Shown: positions 6,731 through 15,450 of the stretch, piece after piece | Layout: each line of letters begins with the position of its first letter | Numbering within the stretch: the stretch's first letter is position 1 | The notes under the pieces: model-generated | Told to the model about the DNA's origin: nothing | What the model saw: only the letters and a program-made list of their open reading frames with translations | The model's database searches: none | Position numbers and translations under genes: made by a program | Virus record (IMG/VR): IMGVR_UViG_3300039330_000027 | Length of the DNA: 24,108 bases | Strand: one strand, 5' to 3' | DNA from: a virus | Lineage: Duplodnaviria; Heunggongvirae; Uroviricota; Caudoviricetes

Positions 6731-6801
6731 TATGAATGATCGCCTTTTTTTGCAAAATTGCTGTGCAGAAATACTAACCTTCGGGCAGGCGATCATTCAT
6801 A
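6731..6801 (+). repeat. 14-bp perfect inverted repeat (tatgaatgatcgcc / ggcgatcattcata) separated by 43 nt
   Basis: Direct reading. The left arm is followed by a T7 run. Function unknown (RNA structure, protein-binding site or insertion scar). Confidence 0.5.
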
Positions 6802-6878
6802 AGCACTCTGCTTTTATTCCGATCAACTGTGGGTGGTTTGTTGGATAGAGTGCTTTCCTTTCTGTATATATCGTTTCG

Positions 6879-6899
6879 CCCGCTTTTGCGGTTTTTTCT
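6879..6899 (+). terminator. Intrinsic terminator-like hairpin upstream of the holin gene (candidate tR')
   Basis: Sequence ccgc-tttt-gcgg followed by tttttt. Confidence 0.5.
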
Positions 6900-6962
6900 T
6901 TTCAAATCCCTTTCATTTCTCAGTGTAAAACTACGCCATCCGTTATTTGCGGAGGTGAGGCT

Positions 6963-7178
6963 ATGAAATCCATGGACAAAATTTCAACGGGCATTGCCTA
7001 CGGCACCTCCGCAGGCAGTGCTGGCTACTGGTTTTTACAGTGGCTTGATCAGGTCAGTCCGTCACAGTGGGCTGCGATTGGTGTACTTGGGAGTCTGGTT
7101 CTGGGCTTCCTGACTTATCTGACAAATCTGTACTTCAAAATCAGAGAAGACAAGCGTAAGGCTGCACGGGGAGAGTAA
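6963..7178 (+). CDS. S: Class II holin / pinholin of the phage 21 S type, with dual start motif (antiholin from Met1, holin from Met4)
   Basis: 71-aa translation [53 protein letters not shown]... matches the remembered S21 pinholin. RBS GGAGGTGAGG upstream. Confidence 0.9.
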   Translation: MKSMDKISTGIAYGTSAGSAGYWFLQWLDQVSPSQWAAIGVLGSLVLGFLTYLTNLYFKIREDKRKAARGE

Positions 7179-7182
7179 TTCA

Positions 7183-7533
7183 ATGACTCAAAACTATGAA
7201 CTGATTGTGAAAGGGATCCGCAATTTTGAGAATAAAGTTACGGTAACTTTAGCGTTACGGGACAAAAAACGCTTTGACGGTGAAATTTTTGACCTGGACA
7301 TCTCGCTGGACCGTGTTGAAGGTGCCGCGCTGGAGTTTTATGAGGCAGCAGCCAGAATGAGCATCAGACAGGTCTTCCTGGATGTTGCTGCCGGGTTATG
7401 TGAAGGGGATGAGCAGTCGCCGGAAAAGCGCCCCGTAATTTTAGAGGCGCAGAATGTATGGATAACCTACAAAGGAAAGCTACCGGGAAGAATTACTGGT
7501 TCTCTGAAGACTCCTCCGGAATCACAACCTTAA
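7183..7533 (+). CDS. YdfR-like protein (DUF1327), conserved ORF between holin and endolysin as in the Qin prophage
   Basis: 116-aa ORF with RBS GGAGAG. Family assigned from position (essQ-ydfR-rrrQ arrangement) and remembered similarity; function unknown. Confidence 0.5.
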   Translation: MTQNYELIVKGIRNFENKVTVTLALRDKKRFDGEIFDLDISLDRVEGAALEFYEAAARMSIRQVFLDVAAGLCEGDEQSPEKRPVILEAQNVWITYKGKLPGRITGSLKTPPESQP

Positions 7534-7596
7534 GTCACTGACCGGAACAGATAAACCTGTCCGTGGGCAGAAACCGATAAATCCTGATAAATATCC

Positions 7597-8130
7597 ATGA
7601 ACGCAAAAATCAGATACGGCCTGTCGGCTGCCGTTCTGGCACTGATTGCCGTCGGTGCGCCCGCGCCTGATATTCTCGACCAGTTTCTGGATGAAAAAGA
7701 AGGTAACCACACAACGGCATACCGCGATGGGTCCGGCATCTGGACCATCTGTCGGGGTGCCACGATGGTGGATGGAAAACCCGTTTTTCCCGGTATGAAA
7801 CTGTCGAAGGAAAAATGCGACCAGGTCAACGCCATTGAGCGTGATAAGGCGCTGGCATGGGTGGAGCGCAATATTAAAGTACCACTGACCGAACCACAAA
7901 AAGCGGGTATAGCGTCATTCTGTCCCTATAACATTGGCCCCGGTAAGTGTTTCCCGTCGACGTTTTATAAGCGGCTGAATGCCGGTGATCGTAAGGGCGC
8001 ATGCGAGGCGATTCGCTGGTGGATAAAAGATGGTGGGCGCGATTGCCGCATACGTTCAAATAACTGCTATGGACAGGTTATTCGTCGTGACCAGGAAAGC
8101 GCATTAGCCTGTTGGGGGATAGAGCAGTGA
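7597..8130 (+). CDS. R: SAR endolysin (phage lysozyme, glycoside hydrolase family 24, phage 21 R-like)
   Basis: N-terminal signal-anchor-release segment [15 protein letters not shown], then lysozyme motifs ([20 protein letters not shown]..., C-terminal CWGIEQ). Confidence 0.85.
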   Translation: MNAKIRYGLSAAVLALIAVGAPAPDILDQFLDEKEGNHTTAYRDGSGIWTICRGATMVDGKPVFPGMKLSKEKCDQVNAIERDKALAWVERNIKVPLTEPQKAGIASFCPYNIGPGKCFPSTFYKRLNAGDRKGACEAIRWWIKDGGRDCRIRSNNCYGQVIRRDQESALACWGIEQ

Positions 8131-8588
8131 GCAGAGTCGCCGCGATTATTTATGCTTTGGTTATCTGCATCATCGTCTGCCTGTCGTGGGCGGTCAATCA
8201 TTACCGTGATAACGCCATCGCCTACAAAGAACAGCGTGATAAAAAAGTCAGTGAGCTGAAGCAGGCGATCGCCACCATCGCTGACATGCAGCAGCGTCAG
8301 CGTGATGTTGCTGCACTCGATGCAAAGTACTCGAGAGAATTAGCCAATGCGAAAGCTGAAAATGAAACTCTGCGCGCTGATGTTGCCGCTGGTCGTCGTC
8401 GGTTGCACATCAAAGCAGTCTGTCAGTCAGTGCGTGAAGCCACCACCGCCTCCGGCGTGGATAATGCAACCAGCCCCCGACTGGCAGACACCGCTGAACG
8501 GGATTATTTCACCCTCAGAGAGAGGCTGATCACTATGCAAAAACAACTGGAAGGAACCCAGAAGTATATTAATGAGCAGTGCAGATAG
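8127..8588 (+). CDS. Rz: i-spanin Rz
   Basis: Translation matches remembered RzpD-type spanins ([29 protein letters not shown]...[25 protein letters not shown]...). GTG start at 8127 overlaps the endolysin stop. Confidence 0.85.
   Translation: MSRVAAIIYALVICIIVCLSWAVNHYRDNAIAYKEQRDKKVSELKQAIATIADMQQRQRDVAALDAKYSRELANAKAENETLRADVAAGRRRLHIKAVCQSVREATTASGVDNATSPRLADTAERDYFTLRERLITMQKQLEGTQKYINEQCR
8347..8529 (+). CDS. Rz1: o-spanin Rz1 (proline-rich outer-membrane lipoprotein) embedded in the +1 frame of Rz
   Basis: 60-aa [27 protein letters not shown]...PPPPPAW... with lipobox VVGC, lying entirely inside Rz. Confidence 0.8.
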   Translation: MRKLKMKLCALMLPLVVVGCTSKQSVSQCVKPPPPPAWIMQPAPDWQTPLNGIISPSERG

Positions 8589-8591
8589 AGC

Positions 8592-8609
8592 TGCCCATAT
8601 CGATGGGCA
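8592..8609. terminator. Possible bidirectional hairpin between convergent Rz and bor
   Basis: 7-bp stem tgcccat-atcg-atgggca with no adjacent T-run. Confidence 0.3.
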
Positions 8610-8619
8610 ACTCATGCAA

Positions 8620-8913
8620 TTATTGTGAGCAATACACACGCGCTTCCAGTGGAGTATAAATGCCTAAAGTAATAAAACCGAGAAATCCATTTACGAATGT
8701 TTGCTGGGTTTCTGTTTTAACAACATTTTCTGCGCCGCCACAAATTTTGGCTGCATCAACAGTTTTCTCCTGTCCAATTCCCGAAACGAAGAAATGATGG
8801 GTGATGGTTTCCTTTGGTGTTACTGCTGTCGGTTTGTTTCCAACAGTAAACGTCTGTTGAGCACATCCTGTAATAAGCATTGCCAGAGCGGCAGAAAACA
8901 ACATTTTTTTCAT
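8620..8913 (-). CDS. bor: Bor lipoprotein (serum-resistance / lysogenic-conversion protein)
   Basis: 97-aa translation MKKMLFSAALAMLITGCAQQTFTVGNKPTAVTPKETITHHFFVSGIGQEKTVDAAKICGGAENVVKTETQQTFVNGFLGFITLGIYTPLEARVYCSQ matches remembered lambda Bor. RBS AGGA lies 7 nt upstream of ATG 8913. Confidence 0.9.
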   Translation of the reverse strand: MKKMLFSAALAMLITGCAQQTFTVGNKPTAVTPKETITHHFFVSGIGQEKTVDAAKICGGAENVVKTETQQTFVNGFLGFITLGIYTPLEARVYCSQ

Positions 8914-9093
8914 CTTATTATCCTGCATTGTTAAAAATGGCAGAATCCTATGTGACAACAATTAAACGATAGTTAAATGGATTGATGAAAATTAAAACTA
9001 TATAGGTGGATGCTCAGCCTATTGGAGGTAGTCAGGATTTGAATGTCAGTCTGTTGTCGGCATTCTGGCAATGCAATTTGGATAAAGCGGGGA

Positions 9094-9216
9094 TTAAAAA
9101 GATAGAGGCGAGCCGGTCAGGTAGAAATGAATCAGGCTCAAAGTGAAGCGGAAAAGGTCTGTGGCACAAGCTGATGCAGCCATAATTACAGCCTGATGAT
9201 TTGTGGAATGAAACAT
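9094..9216 (-). CDS. Putative small protein (40 aa) upstream of bor on the minus strand
   Basis: Perfect Shine-Dalgarno AAGGAGG 6 nt upstream of ATG 9216 on the minus strand. Translation MFHSTNHQAVIMAASACATDLFRFTLSLIHFYLTGSPLSF. No homology recognised. Confidence 0.3.
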   Translation of the reverse strand: MFHSTNHQAVIMAASACATDLFRFTLSLIHFYLTGSPLSF

Positions 9217-9296
9217 GTTGAACCTCCTTAATTGATGTTATTCGAGTGATGAAGGCATTCTGTCCTTCTATAGTGTCCAGTAAATCAAACAGGAAA

Positions 9297-9318
9297 CTTG
9301 TCCAACGTGTTGGACAAG
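9297..9318. repeat. Perfect 10-bp inverted repeat (cttgtccaac gt gttggacaag), candidate protein-binding site
   Basis: Direct reading. Located in the bor-to-HNH/terminase intergenic region where the packaging site is expected. Confidence 0.5.
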
Positions 9319-9438
9319 CCTCTCCATTAGTGAGTTGTATTGATCACAACTCTACAAAGAATTCATTACTGGGTAGATGAAAATAGTTTCACTATGAATG
9401 GAGGAGGCTATGTCGGTGGCTTCTTCATTGGAGTACAT

Positions 9439-9789
9439 ATGCCCCCACGAATCCCACGCGCCTGCCGTAAGCGTGGATGTGCAGGTACAACCACAGACAG
9501 TTCTGGTTACTGCGATAAACATCGTGGCGAAGGATGGGTACAGCATCAACGCGGACTGAGCCGCCACCAGCGTGGCTATGGCTCGAAATGGGATGCCATA
9601 CGTGCGCGCATACTGAAGCGTGATAATCATCTGTGTCAGAACTGCCTGCGCAATGGGAGAGCCGTTGAAGCCAGAACTGTGGACCACATCATTCCGAAAG
9701 CTCATGGTGGCACGGATGCAGACAGTAACCTGCAGAGTCTGTGCTGGCCCTGTCATAAAGCAAAAACAGCGCGCGAACGCATCAATTGA
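9439..9789 (+). CDS. Phage-associated HNH endonuclease (packaging-associated, HK97-like)
   Basis: Motifs CRKRGCAG...C, VDHIIPKAHGG and LQSLCWPCH. Sits immediately upstream of the small terminase gene. Start chosen at ATG 9439 (GGAG upstream); the ORF track begins at 9340. Confidence 0.8.
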   Translation: MPPRIPRACRKRGCAGTTTDSSGYCDKHRGEGWVQHQRGLSRHQRGYGSKWDAIRARILKRDNHLCQNCLRNGRAVEARTVDHIIPKAHGGTDADSNLQSLCWPCHKAKTARERIN

Positions 9790-9936
9790 TAACAGTTCCC
9801 ATCTGTAGGGGAGGGGCAGGTCAAATCTCTGCAACCCTGGCTGCTCAGTACCGCCGCCTGACCTTTCCTCGCATCGCCGCAGGTTCGAAAACTTTTTTTT
9901 GGAATGTGATTAAATGATTGATAGGTAAAACCGATT

Positions 9937-10419
9937 ATGTCTGGACCCCCGAAAATCCCGCCACGCCTGCATTTGATACGAGGCAACCCCTCAAAGCGGC
10001 CAGTTAAAGACCTCAAAAAAACCGCTAAAAAGGATGAAAAAGGTCTCCCTAAAATTCCGCAACATTTAGGGGCGCAGGGGAAGTACTGGTTCAGGCGAAT
10101 GGCGGAAGAGCTGAATGCGGAAGGGATCATTTCTCAGCTCGATGCACGTGCGCTCGAGTTACTGGTGGAAGCCTACACCGAATACCGGCATCACTGCGAA
10201 ATACTCGATGTTGAGGGTTATACCTACCGCACGAAAACGCAGAATGGCGATGTGCTGATCAAGGCACACCCGGCTGCTGCGATGAAGGCTGATGCCTGGA
10301 AGCGGATTCGGGCGATGCTTGCAGAGTTTGGTATGTCACCGGCAAGCCGGGCGAAAGTAAATACCGCCGGACCGGATGATGTTGATCCGCTGGCAGAGCT
10401 TTTAAAAGCGAGAGACTGA
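9937..10419 (+). CDS. Terminase small subunit (P27-family-like)
   Basis: 160-aa basic protein immediately upstream of, and overlapping, the large terminase gene. Family assigned from position and composition. Confidence 0.7.
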   Translation: MSGPPKIPPRLHLIRGNPSKRPVKDLKKTAKKDEKGLPKIPQHLGAQGKYWFRRMAEELNAEGIISQLDARALELLVEAYTEYRHHCEILDVEGYTYRTKTQNGDVLIKAHPAAAMKADAWKRIRAMLAEFGMSPASRAKVNTAGPDDVDPLAELLKARD

Positions 10420-12176
10420 TGGCAAAAGTGGCTGACGGGATCCGCTACGCCGAACGTGTTGTTGCAGGAGAAATTGTTGCTGGCGAATTTGTCCGTCTGG
10501 CCTGCCAGCGTTTTCTTGATGATCTGAAGTACGGCGAAGAGCGGGGGATTTATTTCAGTGAACCTCGTGCACAGCACATCCTTAATTTCTACAAATTTGT
10601 ACCCCATGTGAAAGGGGCGCTGGCAGGTCAGCCCATTGAGTTGATGGACTGGCATGTGTTTATCCTCATTAATATTTTTGGTTTTGTCATTCCGCTGGTG
10701 AATGAAGAAACCGGGGAAGTTGTCATGCGCAGCGATGGCAGTGGACGCCCGGTGATGGTGCGCCGGTTCCGGACAGCATACAACGAAGTTGCCCGTAAAA
10801 ACGCAAAATCAACCCTGTCATCGGGTATCGGTCTGTATATGACGGGGGCAGATAGTGAAGGCGGAGCTGAGGTGTATTCAGCCGCAACCACGCTTGACCA
10901 GGCCAGAATCGTGTTTGAAGACGCCAAAAATATGGTCAGAAAAGCCCGGTCGACACTCGGGCGGTTGTTTGATTTCAACAAGCTGGCGATTTACCAGGAG
11001 CAGAGCGCATCAAAATTTGAACCGCTTTCCTCGGATGCAAACAACCTGGACGGTCTGAACATCCACTGCGCCATTATTGATGAGCTGCATGCACATAAAA
11101 CCCGCGACGTGTGGGACGTTCTGGAAACGGCAACCGGTGCCCGTCTGCAGTCCCTGTTATTTGGTATCACCACGGCTGGCTTTAACAAGGAAGGGATTTG
11201 TTACGAGCAGCGTGATTACGCCATCAAGGTATTGCGAGGCTATAACAGCGACGTGGAGGGCGCTGTAAAAGACGACTCTTACTTTGCGATCATTTACACG
11301 CTTGATGAGGGAGATGATCCGTTTGATGAAACGGTCTGGCAGAAAGCGAATCCTGGCCTGGGCATCTGTAAACGCTGGGATGATCTGCGTCGTCTGGCGA
11401 AAAAAGCGAAGGAGCAGGTCTCTGCGCGGGTGAATTTTTTTACCAAACACATGAATGTGTGGGTCACTGCCGAATCTGCCTGGATGGATATGATTAAGTG
11501 GGAGAAGTGCGAATACATTGCTCCACAACATGAGCTGAAAACATATCCCATGTGGGTCGGCGTCGACCTTGCTCATAAGATTGATATCTGTGCGGCGGCA
11601 AAACTCTGGCGAACCGATAACGGACATGTTCATGCTGATTTTAAATTCTGGCTTCCGGAAGGACGGCTGGAACGATGCTCGCGGCAGCAGGCAGAACTTT
11701 ACCGGAAGTGGGCGGAGATGGATAAGCTCATCCTGACGGATGGTGATGTTATCGATCATGCTCAGATAAAAAGTGACTTACTGGAATGGATTGGCGGTGA
11801 AAACCTCAGGGAACTGGGATTTGACCCGTGGAGCGCAATGCAGTTCAGCCTGGCACTGGCTGAAGAAGGGATACCGCTGGTGGAGGTTCCGCAGACGGTC
11901 CGCAATCTGTCAGAGGCCATGAAGGAAACGGAATCACTGGTTTATGCCGGGCGTTTCCATCACAGCAATCATCCGGTCATGAACTGGATGATGTCTAACG
12001 TTACTGTAAAACCGGACAAAAACGACAACATCTTCCCGAATAAATCCACGCCGGAAGCCAAAATCGACGGCCCTGTTGCGCTTTTTACAGCCATGAGCCG
12101 CTTTCTGGTAAATGGAGGGGGCGTGAATGACTTTCTGTCCACGCTTGATCCTGATGAGGACCTGTTAATTCTGTGA
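10419..12176 (+). CDS. Terminase large subunit (ATPase and nuclease)
   Basis: 585-aa ORF at the head of the morphogenesis module. Start overlaps the small terminase stop (TGATG). Confidence 0.85.
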   Translation: MAKVADGIRYAERVVAGEIVAGEFVRLACQRFLDDLKYGEERGIYFSEPRAQHILNFYKFVPHVKGALAGQPIELMDWHVFILINIFGFVIPLVNEETGEVVMRSDGSGRPVMVRRFRTAYNEVARKNAKSTLSSGIGLYMTGADSEGGAEVYSAATTLDQARIVFEDAKNMVRKARSTLGRLFDFNKLAIYQEQSASKFEPLSSDANNLDGLNIHCAIIDELHAHKTRDVWDVLETATGARLQSLLFGITTAGFNKEGICYEQRDYAIKVLRGYNSDVEGAVKDDSYFAIIYTLDEGDDPFDETVWQKANPGLGICKRWDDLRRLAKKAKEQVSARVNFFTKHMNVWVTAESAWMDMIKWEKCEYIAPQHELKTYPMWVGVDLAHKIDICAAAKLWRTDNGHVHADFKFWLPEGRLERCSRQQAELYRKWAEMDKLILTDGDVIDHAQIKSDLLEWIGGENLRELGFDPWSAMQFSLALAEEGIPLVEVPQTVRNLSEAMKETESLVYAGRFHHSNHPVMNWMMSNVTVKPDKNDNIFPNKSTPEAKIDGPVALFTAMSRFLVNGGGVNDFLSTLDPDEDLLIL

Positions 12177-12334
12177 AACAGCTTATTACTGATATGACCG
12201 GGCTGATCGGTTTCGGTTTGCTCACTGCTGGCGTTTATCTGTATGCAGGTCTGCCAGCGTCTCTGATGCTGTCGGGCTGTTTGTTGCTGCTTTATGCACT
12301 GGTGGTGTCCATGAGGAGAAAACATGCTTCTTGA
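12173..12334 (+). CDS. Putative small membrane protein (about 53 aa) between terminase and portal
   Basis: ORF overlapping the terminase stop (GTG 12173; alternative ATG 12194) and the portal start. Hydrophobic sequence LIGFGLLTAGVYLYAGLPASLMLSGCLLLLYALVV. Not in the ORF track because it is under 60 aa. Confidence 0.35.
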   Translation: MKQLITDMTGLIGFGLLTAGVYLYAGLPASLMLSGCLLLLYALVVSMRRKHAS

Positions 12335-13550
12335 TGCTCTGTTTCGCAGTGAGCCTCTGGAAAATCCCTCGGTTCCGGTAACCGGAGAGGCCGCTGAGAC
12401 GGATAATATTTTTGCCCGGGATGTGTATGTCAGTCCGGAAACATCCATGAAGCTGGCTGCTGTCTATGCCTGTATTTATGTTATTTCATCCAGTGTGGCT
12501 CAGATGCCCCTGCATGTGATGCGAAAAACGAATGAGCATGTTCAGCCGGCACGCGATCATCCGTTGTTCTGGCTCGTTCATGATGAACCTAATGCCTGGC
12601 AGACCAGCTATAAGTGGCGGGAACTGAAGCAGCGTCATGTGCTGGGGTGGGGCAATGGTTATACGTGGGTAAAACGTAATCGTCGTGGAGAGGTTACCAG
12701 CCTTGAATGCTGTATGCCATGGGAAACCACGTTACTTAACACCGGTGGGCGTCATACTTACGGGGTGTATAACGAAGAGGGTGCATTTGCGGTAAGTCCG
12801 GACGACATGATCCATATCAGGGCGCTGGGAAACAATCAGAAAATGGGACTGAGCCCGATCATGCAGCATGCTGAAACCATTGGTATGGGAATGAGTGGCC
12901 AGCAGTATACCAGCGCCTTTTTTAACGGTAATGCCCGTCCTGCCGGTATTATTTCTGTGAAAAATGAACTGAACGAACAAAGCTGGGGCAGGCTTAAAAA
13001 TATGTGGCAGCGGGCGGTGACAGCGCTTCGCAGCCAGGAAAATAAAACCATGTTGCTGCCTGCGCAACTGGATTACCGCGCTCTGACAGTTTCTCCGGTG
13101 GATGCTCAGATCATTGATATGACCAAGCTGAACCGGTCGATGATTGCCGGGATTTTTAATGTCCCGGCGCACATGATTAATGACCTGGAAAAAGCCACAT
13201 TTTCGAATATTACGCAGCAGGCGATTCAGTTTGTTCGCTACACGATGATGCCCTGGGTTGCGAACTGGGAGCAGGAGCTTAACCGTCGCCTGTTTACCCG
13301 TACAGAACGGGCTGCCGGGTATTACGTTCGTTTCAACCTCACGGGGTTGCTCCGTGGGACCCCACAGGAGCGTGCGCAGTTCTATCACTTTGCCATTACA
13401 GATGGCTGGATGAGTCGGAATGAAGCCAGGGCATTTGAGGATATGAACCCGGTTGACGGTCTGGATGAAATGCTGGTCAGCGTAAATGCAGCAAATCCGT
13501 TGAATAACTTTAAAGATACGAAAGGCAAAGAGGAAAAGAACGATGAATGA
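12324..13550 (+). CDS. Portal protein (HK97-like family)
   Basis: 408-aa ORF following terminase. RBS GAGGAG upstream. Confidence 0.85.
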   Translation: MLLDALFRSEPLENPSVPVTGEAAETDNIFARDVYVSPETSMKLAAVYACIYVISSSVAQMPLHVMRKTNEHVQPARDHPLFWLVHDEPNAWQTSYKWRELKQRHVLGWGNGYTWVKRNRRGEVTSLECCMPWETTLLNTGGRHTYGVYNEEGAFAVSPDDMIHIRALGNNQKMGLSPIMQHAETIGMGMSGQQYTSAFFNGNARPAGIISVKNELNEQSWGRLKNMWQRAVTALRSQENKTMLLPAQLDYRALTVSPVDAQIIDMTKLNRSMIAGIFNVPAHMINDLEKATFSNITQQAIQFVRYTMMPWVANWEQELNRRLFTRTERAAGYYVRFNLTGLLRGTPQERAQFYHFAITDGWMSRNEARAFEDMNPVDGLDEMLVSVNAANPLNNFKDTKGKEEKNDE

Positions 13551-14142
13551 CCGTGAAACGCGCTGTTACAGCGGGGAGGTGCGGGCGGAACAATATGATA
13601 ATGCCCCGACCCACATTCTGGGGTATGGCTCGGTATTTAACAGTCGTTCAGAACCTCTGTGGGGATTTCGTGAAATCATCAAGCCGGGGGCTTTTGATGA
13701 TGTACTGAATGATGATGTACGTGGCTTGTTTAATCATGATCCTAATTTCATTCTCGGACGAAGTTCTGCCGGCACGTTGTCATTGTCGGTGGATGAACGC
13801 GGTTTACGTTATGACATTGTTGCACCGGATACTCCGACTATTTGTGACCTGGTGCTGTCTCCAATGTTGCGTGGTGACATTAATCAGTCCTCGTTCGCGT
13901 TTCGTGTCGCCCGTGACGGAGAGAGCTGGTATGAAGACGACGAGGGGATTGTTATCCGGGAAATCACGCGCATTTCTCGTCTGTATGACGTCAGCCCGGT
14001 GACATATCCGGCCTATCAGGACGCAGACTCTGGTGTCCGCTCAATGAAAGCCTGGCAGGAAGCGCGGGCGAGTGGTGCGCTGAAGAAAGCTGTTAACGAA
14101 CGAATGGCGCGTGAGCGTCTTTTGACCCTTCTTAATGCATAA
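13543..14142 (+). CDS. Prohead maturation protease (HK97 family, peptidase U35-like)
   Basis: 199-aa ORF between portal and capsid genes; start overlaps the portal stop. Confidence 0.8.
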   Translation: MNDRETRCYSGEVRAEQYDNAPTHILGYGSVFNSRSEPLWGFREIIKPGAFDDVLNDDVRGLFNHDPNFILGRSSAGTLSLSVDERGLRYDIVAPDTPTICDLVLSPMLRGDINQSSFAFRVARDGESWYEDDEGIVIREITRISRLYDVSPVTYPAYQDADSGVRSMKAWQEARASGALKKAVNERMARERLLTLLNA

Positions 14143-14156
14143 GGATACTACTGACG

Positions 14157-15374
14157 ATGAAACTTCATGAGATGAAGCAAAAACGAAACACCATTGCAAA
14201 GGATATGCGTGCACTGCATGAAAAAATTGGTGATAACGCATGGACTGATGAGCAACGGGCAGAGTGGAACAGGGCGAAAGCTGAGCTGGATGCGCTGGAT
14301 GAGCAAATCGCCCGTGAAGAAGAGTTGCGCCGTCAGGATCAGGCATATGTGGATGAGTCCGGGCCGGAAGAGCGCCAGAATAATGAGGCGGAGAACGGGA
14401 AAAAGGCGGTGGAAGAGAAGCGCGCTGCGGCATTTAACCGTTTTCTGCGTGCCGGATTTGCAGAACTGAATGCTGAAGAGCGTAATCTGATGCGTGAACT
14501 GCGGGCTCAGAGTGTAACAACGGATTCTCAGGGCGGATATACGGTGCCCACGCAGATGCGTAACAAAATCATTGACACCATGAAGGCTTATGGCGGGATT
14601 GCCAGTGTGGCGCAACTTCTGACCACATCAACCGGGCAGGATATCACCTGGTCAACGTCTGATGGCACGACTGAAGAGGGCGAACTGCTGGCGGAAAATA
14701 CAGCCGCAACGGAACAGGATGTGACGTTCGGGACCGCTATTCTGGGGGCTAAAAAGCTGTCATCAAAAATAATTCGTGTGTCCAATGAGCTGCTCCAGGA
14801 CAGTGGGGTGGATATTGAATCTTATCTGGCAAACCGTATTGCCCAGCGTATTGGTCGTGGAGAGGCAAAATATCTGGTTCAGGGGACCGGAACGGGATCA
14901 CCGTTACAGCCAAAAGGGCTGGCAGCGTCGGTGACGGGAACCATCCAGACTGCAGCCTCTGCCGCTTTCACCTGGAAAGAAATGAATGCCCTGAAACATG
15001 CCATTGATCCGGCATATCGTGGTGGGCCGAAATACCGCTGGGCATTCAATGATGCCACATTGCAGACTATTGAAGAGATGGAGGATGGGCAGAAACGCCC
15101 GTTATGGCTGCCGGATATTGCAGGCGGTACGCCGGCTACTGTGCTGGGGATCCCTTATGTTATTGATCAGGCTATTGACGGGATTGGTACCGGAAAAAAA
15201 TTCATTTTCCTGGGGGATTTCAACCGCTTTATCATTCGCCGCGTTACTTATATGGAACTGAAACGTCTGGTTGAGCGTTATGCTGAGTTTGATCAGGTGG
15301 CATTTCTGGCTTTCCATCGTTTTGACTGTGTGCTGGAAGATGTGGCAGCCATCAAGGCGCTCACTGGCAAATAA
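14157..15374 (+). CDS. Major capsid protein (HK97 fold) with N-terminal coiled-coil delta/scaffolding domain
   Basis: 405-aa ORF. The N-terminal 100 aa are highly charged and helical (EEELRRQDQAYVDE...), as expected for a delta domain. Follows the protease. Confidence 0.85.
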   Translation: MKLHEMKQKRNTIAKDMRALHEKIGDNAWTDEQRAEWNRAKAELDALDEQIAREEELRRQDQAYVDESGPEERQNNEAENGKKAVEEKRAAAFNRFLRAGFAELNAEERNLMRELRAQSVTTDSQGGYTVPTQMRNKIIDTMKAYGGIASVAQLLTTSTGQDITWSTSDGTTEEGELLAENTAATEQDVTFGTAILGAKKLSSKIIRVSNELLQDSGVDIESYLANRIAQRIGRGEAKYLVQGTGTGSPLQPKGLAASVTGTIQTAASAAFTWKEMNALKHAIDPAYRGGPKYRWAFNDATLQTIEEMEDGQKRPLWLPDIAGGTPATVLGIPYVIDQAIDGIGTGKKFIFLGDFNRFIIRRVTYMELKRLVERYAEFDQVAFLAFHRFDCVLEDVAAIKALTGK

Positions 15375-15395
15375 CCACTCGTTGTTCAGTTACAG

Positions 15396-15417
15396 ACCGC
15401 GCCGACGCGGTTTTTTT
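15396..15417 (+). terminator. Intrinsic terminator-like hairpin after the major capsid gene
   Basis: Sequence accgcg-ccga-cgcggt followed by ttttttt. Confidence 0.55.
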
Positions 15418-15450
15418 ATGCCCGCACAGTGTTGCGGGCAGGAGTTTCTG

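Noticed and set aside
9352-9834. 160-aa minus-strand ORF overlapping the HNH endonuclease gene
   Set aside because: Antisense to a CDS carrying clear HNH motifs; no independent support.
10224-11759. Several minus-strand ORFs of 65-200 aa inside the terminase genes
   Set aside because: Antisense frames within a long, well-supported CDS; none has a convincing start context.
12732-13388. 218-aa minus-strand ORF inside the portal gene
   Set aside because: Antisense to the portal CDS; no RBS; unlikely to be coding.
14041-14615. Minus-strand ORFs of 130 and 155 aa overlapping the protease and capsid genes
   Set aside because: Antisense to conserved structural genes; low-complexity translations.
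15271-15450. Upstream extension of the connector gene starting inside the capsid gene
   Set aside because: The extension spans the capsid stop and the terminator hairpin at 15396-15417; the ATG at 15451 with a CAGGAG RBS is preferred.
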